A stretch of 61,016 bases of DNA, from contig JBBQKQ010000003.1 in NCBI GenBank assembly GCA_038326985.1, forward strand, positions 1 to 61,016, read 5' to 3'. Positions 57,076 to 61,016 of the stretch are shown here, in pieces (position 1 is the stretch's first letter; the number at the start of each line of letters is the position of its first letter). A program made the position numbers and the translations under genes. The DNA is from Minisyncoccia bacterium (lineage in GTDB: Bacteria; Patescibacteriota; Minisyncoccia; Phycocordibacterales; UBA5272). The notes beneath the pieces were generated by a model. It did no database searches and had not been told where the DNA came from. It saw only the letters and a program-made list of their open reading frames with translations.

Positions 57076-59601
57076 TTAATTTGGTTGCATTTTTAGGTAA
57101 CCATTTACCACCCATCCGTCACATTTTGTTTTAAAATCTACTTTGGTCCATTTTTTACCCAAATAATTGTACGGTCCAGCAATTATTACACCTGAGGTAC
57201 CTTTAGGTTGTTGACAAAATACTGGCTCACGTAGAGATCCAACTTTTCGAACATTTAATCCAGTTATAGTGATTACGTTTTTTTCTTTTTTTAAAACAGG
57301 TGAAGGTAAAAGTAAGGGGAAAATTGTCGTATTAGGAATAGTTGAAGTTGAATTTAGTATTGTTTTTAAAGCTGTAGTAGGTAAAATTGATGGGGAAGAT
57401 GAGTAAAACGATCCTGATCCTCCTCCTGATGATCCTCCACCCGATACCACTGCGGGAATAGTTGTCGTAACCGGAATAGTTATTGAACTTGTAGAAACTG
57501 TTGTAGTAGAAGACTGAACAGGTGGCGACACTGGTATTACAGTAACTGTGTCAGAAACTGTTTTAGGTACGATTAAAAATTTAGGTGCAATTTTTTGTTT
57601 TGGCCATAAAAATGGTGAAGCAGTTAATGAACTGGTTTCAGTAAATAACCAATTGTAAGCTAATAGCGCATTAGCATCATTTGTCGAATTATAAATAAGT
57701 GCAAGCGACATAGCGGCTAACTGACAGTAGTCTCCTTCGCTTTTTGTCCACCCTGTACCATTAGAGGTTCCATTAGTAACATTAATACTATTAGTTTCTG
57801 CCCAGGTAGGTTTTATTGTAAGTGCATAAGCGCAACCATCATGGGGATTTCCTCCCTTTGTGCTATTTAAAAATCTGTTTATTGACCAATTTTTTGCAAG
57901 GTTCATATTAGTAAGGGCTCCCGAAAAATTCATATTTACCCCTTGTGCGATTGCCGACATTAAATAGTCGTTCATCCAAGCTTTTAATTCTAAACCTCCT
58001 GTCCCTACAGATGGAAGATAACCGTAAGTTTCTGTCCCAGGATTTGGAAACAATTTTGACAATGCAGAGTAATTATTGTTTACTATTTTAGTAAAATAGT
58101 TTGACTCAGTTGTACCTGTGGGATTCATGTAAGCAGCTTGTTGAATATTTCTTAGTCCCCAAGCAATTGCCCTCACTTGATTTGCAGGGTTTGCAACCAG
58201 TCCCTCACCGTGATTACGAGCATAGCCATACTCAGGTCCTGATGGCCAAACATTCATAATTGCCCAACTAGCTTGAGCATTTAATTGGTCTAAGTAATAA
58301 CGATTGCCCAAAAATAAAAGTGGTATATATGAAAGTGAAGGGTCATGAGCACTTTCAGGATTCCAACCATCAAGATTTTTTACTGGTTGAGTAACAGTTC
58401 CGGAGGTTCCATCACAGGCTCGACCTTCTCCACCTCTGCCGTCAATCCACAGATCCGGATAATTATCAGCATTTAACCATGTAGAGTGACATGTATCATA
58501 AAAGTGCCAGGGTATTGTAGCGGCGGTGTCGGCCATTGCCAACACCTCTTTAGCAGCACGATTATCCTGAGAGATTATCCACTCTGCTTGTTGAGCAGTT
58601 GTGAGACCAATATCAGGTCTGTCACCAGTCGCGGACATTTGTTTTGTTACTCCATTATTCTGAAATGGTCTTGTAGTATCACCCAATGAAGAAAGAATTT
58701 GAGTTTTATTATTTAAAATATTTTCTTCAACCCCATAACTTAGGTCGTAATTATGAATTGCCCCAGTTCTAATTAAATAAGGGATATCATGCTGAACATT
58801 TACTAAAACAGGGCCATTTGAAAAAAACACTTTATGCCATTGTTCATACTGATAATGTGTTAAAGTAGGTGACTGATAAAGCGGAGTTTCAATTTCAGAT
58901 ATAACAGTTGTATATATTAATGTGCCGCCATTTGAAGTCATGGTAGCATCATTATTATATTGGATATCTGTTGAATACGTTCCGTCTGAGTATTTAGAAA
59001 TATCCAATACTAGTCGTAGTGACGATGTGACGGGTACCTCAATTCTGCCTTCGGTCACTACTCCTCCCTGTCTCCAATATGTAACTTTATTTTCTATCAA
59101 AGCTTGGGTGAGTAGTTGTTTTGCATCAAAATTAAAAGTTTTTCCATCTTGGGTATCGATCTTTACATTAAAAGAATAGCCTGATAAATCTGATAAAGAA
59201 ATTTGGGTTTCTTTTTGTCCTAAACTAAAAATTGTAGGGTTTGAAGAATTTGCTAAAAATGAAGGTGCCACAATACTGATTACAGCAAATTTTACAGAAC
59301 CATCGGGGTAAAAAGTTTTTGCATCAATTTGTGCAGGATAATTAATGTTGTTTATTGAAGCTATGATGCCAGAATTTGCAAGGAGAGAGCCTATCAAAAA
59401 TACCTGACCAAGATTAACAACGTGGGAAGGTATGACAAAACTATTGGGGTTTTGTAAATTTGCGCCTACTATTTGGCTACTGTTAGATGGTTGAATAATA
59501 ACAGGCGCATTAACACCAGCAAATGAGAGTAATGGGAAGAAAACTGGAGATAAAATATACACAAAAAATAATAAATAATTTTTAAATTTTAATTGAGACA
59601 T
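57076..59601 (-). CDS. Large secreted protein of unknown function with C-terminal SH3-like domain
   Basis: Signal peptide; aromatic-rich core (TGDRPDIG, QVRAIAWGLR); Ser/Thr/Gly linker; LNVR...W..V.F....GWV. Confidence 0.75.
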   Translation of the reverse strand: MSQLKFKNYLLFFVYILSPVFFPLLSFAGVNAPVIIQPSNSSQIVGANLQNPNSFVIPSHVVNLGQVFLIGSLLANSGIIASINNINYPAQIDAKTFYPDGSVKFAVISIVAPSFLANSSNPTIFSLGQKETQISLSDLSGYSFNVKIDTQDGKTFNFDAKQLLTQALIENKVTYWRQGGVVTEGRIEVPVTSSLRLVLDISKYSDGTYSTDIQYNNDATMTSNGGTLIYTTVISEIETPLYQSPTLTHYQYEQWHKVFFSNGPVLVNVQHDIPYLIRTGAIHNYDLSYGVEENILNNKTQILSSLGDTTRPFQNNGVTKQMSATGDRPDIGLTTAQQAEWIISQDNRAAKEVLAMADTAATIPWHFYDTCHSTWLNADNYPDLWIDGRGGEGRACDGTSGTVTQPVKNLDGWNPESAHDPSLSYIPLLFLGNRYYLDQLNAQASWAIMNVWPSGPEYGYARNHGEGLVANPANQVRAIAWGLRNIQQAAYMNPTGTTESNYFTKIVNNNYSALSKLFPNPGTETYGYLPSVGTGGLELKAWMNDYLMSAIAQGVNMNFSGALTNMNLAKNWSINRFLNSTKGGNPHDGCAYALTIKPTWAETNSINVTNGTSNGTGWTKSEGDYCQLAAMSLALIYNSTNDANALLAYNWLFTETSSLTASPFLWPKQKIAPKFLIVPKTVSDTVTVIPVSPPVQSSTTTVSTSSITIPVTTTIPAVVSGGGSSGGGSGSFYSSSPSILPTTALKTILNSTSTIPNTTIFPLLLPSPVLKKEKNVITITGLNVRKVGSLREPVFCQQPKGTSGVIIAGPYNYLGKKWTKVDFKTKCDGWVVNGYLKMQPN

Positions 59602-59686
59602 AAAAAAAATTATACTTCAATAATATATTTGTGTAAAGTGAAAATAATTATAAATATAATATTGTCATTTATGATAGAATATATCT

Positions 59687-60289
59687 ATGAAATCAAAAAT
59701 ACTTTCACTTTGCTCTTTAATACTTGATTTTGGGAAAGTGAATCGCAAATCCTGCCATCAAGACGGTACTACTTTTGAAAGTGATACTGACCATACCGTA
59801 ATGCTTGGAATTTTAGCCTGTGCTATTGCTTCTAAACTTTATAAAAATTTAGATTTGGGACTTATTGCCCAATTTGCACTAATTCATGATTTGGTAGAAG
59901 TTCATGCGGGAGACACTCCTACTTTGGTAGGAATTTCTGAAGAGTTTTTTCAAGATAAAGAAGCAAGAGAAGCAGAAGCGTTGTTAAAAATAAAAGAAGA
60001 ATTTGGGACAGAATTCCCTTGGATACACCAAACAATAGAAAAATACGAGAGCTTGGATACTAAAGAAGCAAAATATATAAAAACTCTTGATAAAGTTTTA
60101 CCAAAAATAACTGTAGTTTTAAATAATGCAAAATTTATAAATGACAATAATTACGTAACCAAAGAAGAAGCTAAGAAAAGTTTTGATATTCAAAGAATTA
60201 AGCTGACAAATTTAATACCAGACATGCCGGAAATATTGGATATCTGGGAATATTTTGTGGAAAAAGAACTTGGTTTAATAAAAAATTAA
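59687..60289 (+). CDS. HD-domain phosphohydrolase (YfbR/HDDC2-like)
   Basis: ESDTDHT, ALIHDLVEVHAGDTPT, LDK. Confidence 0.88.
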   Translation: MKSKILSLCSLILDFGKVNRKSCHQDGTTFESDTDHTVMLGILACAIASKLYKNLDLGLIAQFALIHDLVEVHAGDTPTLVGISEEFFQDKEAREAEALLKIKEEFGTEFPWIHQTIEKYESLDTKEAKYIKTLDKVLPKITVVLNNAKFINDNNYVTKEEAKKSFDIQRIKLTNLIPDMPEILDIWEYFVEKELGLIKN

Positions 60290-60325
60290 ATAATATAATT
60301 ACACCGAAGTGCACGTATTTTTTTG

Positions 60326-60396
60326 CGGGCGATGAGGGAATCGGACCCCCACCAAAGCGTTTGGAGTGCTTCGTTCTACCACTAAACTAATCGCCC
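60326..60396 (-). tRNA. tRNA-Trp (CCA)
   Basis: GGGCGAT/ATCGCCC acceptor, CT-CCA-AA loop; atypical A31.C39 and TCCGATT T-loop. Confidence 0.9.
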
Positions 60397-60433
60397 TATA
60401 GTTTCTATTTTACCACAAAAAACAAAAATTTGT

Positions 60434-60919
60434 TTACTGTAAAATAACTGGGATTTCTAAAGCGTCATCATTTGCAGGTAATCCTGAAGGATTATCTTTT
60501 TTAAGAACAAGGGTTGCTTTTTTTGAGTAAGTACTTGTAGAGTTCACAAAATTTATTGTAGCAATAAATGGTACAAAGTTATCTGTCATCCATTTGCCTT
60601 GTGCTTTGGCAATGCCAGTCCCTATTATTTTTCCATCCCAATCAGTTAAATAAACTGGGAACGATGCTTCAAAATACCAACCTCCACGAGCTTTCCCAGT
60701 AACTTTTAAAGGACTAGATATGGTTTCATTTGCTTTTGGACTGTCTAGAACTATTTTATCTTTTTTTTCTTCTGAGTTACCAACACTAACAATAACTTCT
60801 GATACTACAACATCAGGCACCAATATTTCTTTTTTTGATTTGTTAAATAAAACGAAAAATAAACTTATTGCCAAGAATGAACATATTATTATTAAAATAA
60901 TTTTAATATTTAATTTCAT
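60434..60919 (-). CDS. Membrane-anchored Gmad2-like Ig-domain protein
   Basis: SPL.VTGKARGGWYFEASFPV...WMTDNFVPF...KDNPSGLP.NDD. Confidence 0.8.
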   Translation of the reverse strand: MKLNIKIILIIICSFLAISLFFVLFNKSKKEILVPDVVVSEVIVSVGNSEEKKDKIVLDSPKANETISSPLKVTGKARGGWYFEASFPVYLTDWDGKIIGTGIAKAQGKWMTDNFVPFIATINFVNSTSTYSKKATLVLKKDNPSGLPANDDALEIPVILQ

Positions 60920-60922
60920 TTA

Positions 60923-61016
60923 TTAAGCTTTTACTTCTTTATGTTCAGTAGAAAGTCTGCACCATTTACAATACTTTTTAGGCTTTAATTTTTCTGGAAC
61001 TCTTTTTTTATTGCGC
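60923..61016 (-). CDS. rpmG: Ribosomal protein L33, 3' part (cut by window edge)
   Basis: RNKKRVPEKLKPKKYCKWCRLSTEHKEVKA*. Confidence 0.85.
   Translation of the reverse strand, partial: RNKKRVPEKLKPKKYCKWCRLSTEHKEVKA

Overview
AT-rich bacterial chromosomal segment. Gene content and shortened housekeeping proteins suggest a Patescibacteria/CPR (Parcubacteria-like) genome; this taxonomy is inference. Genetic code 11 fits. It contains about 65 CDSs (rpoD, topA, Rel, greA, mrdA-mreC-mreB, proS, uvrA/uvrB, secA, gltX, parB, ndk, lepA, murJ, cysS, dnaB, recR, miaA, pyrF, pyrH, partial rpmG, type IV pilins, VirB2/TrbC-like pilins), three tRNAs (Phe-GAA, Leu-CAA, Trp-CCA) and a short RNase P RNA. 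No CRISPR array, transposase, integrase or reverse transcriptase was seen. Most notable is a dispersed ~34-nt palindromic repeat family (ACCCCACCTAACCTCCCCTT-nnn-AAGGGGAGGAA-like) with 6 copies. Three are in-frame insertions inside ProS, LepA and UvrA, and two start at predicted transcription starts. Other highlights: a ~225-aa HAD domain inserted within UvrB; an apparent gene-conversion tract between tandem pilins; two GC-rich, SD-led, TGA-ending single-gene modules; decaying accessory genes (aminotransferase, TauE, PAS kinase/regulator); a C-terminally short CysS; and many probable leaderless mRNAs.
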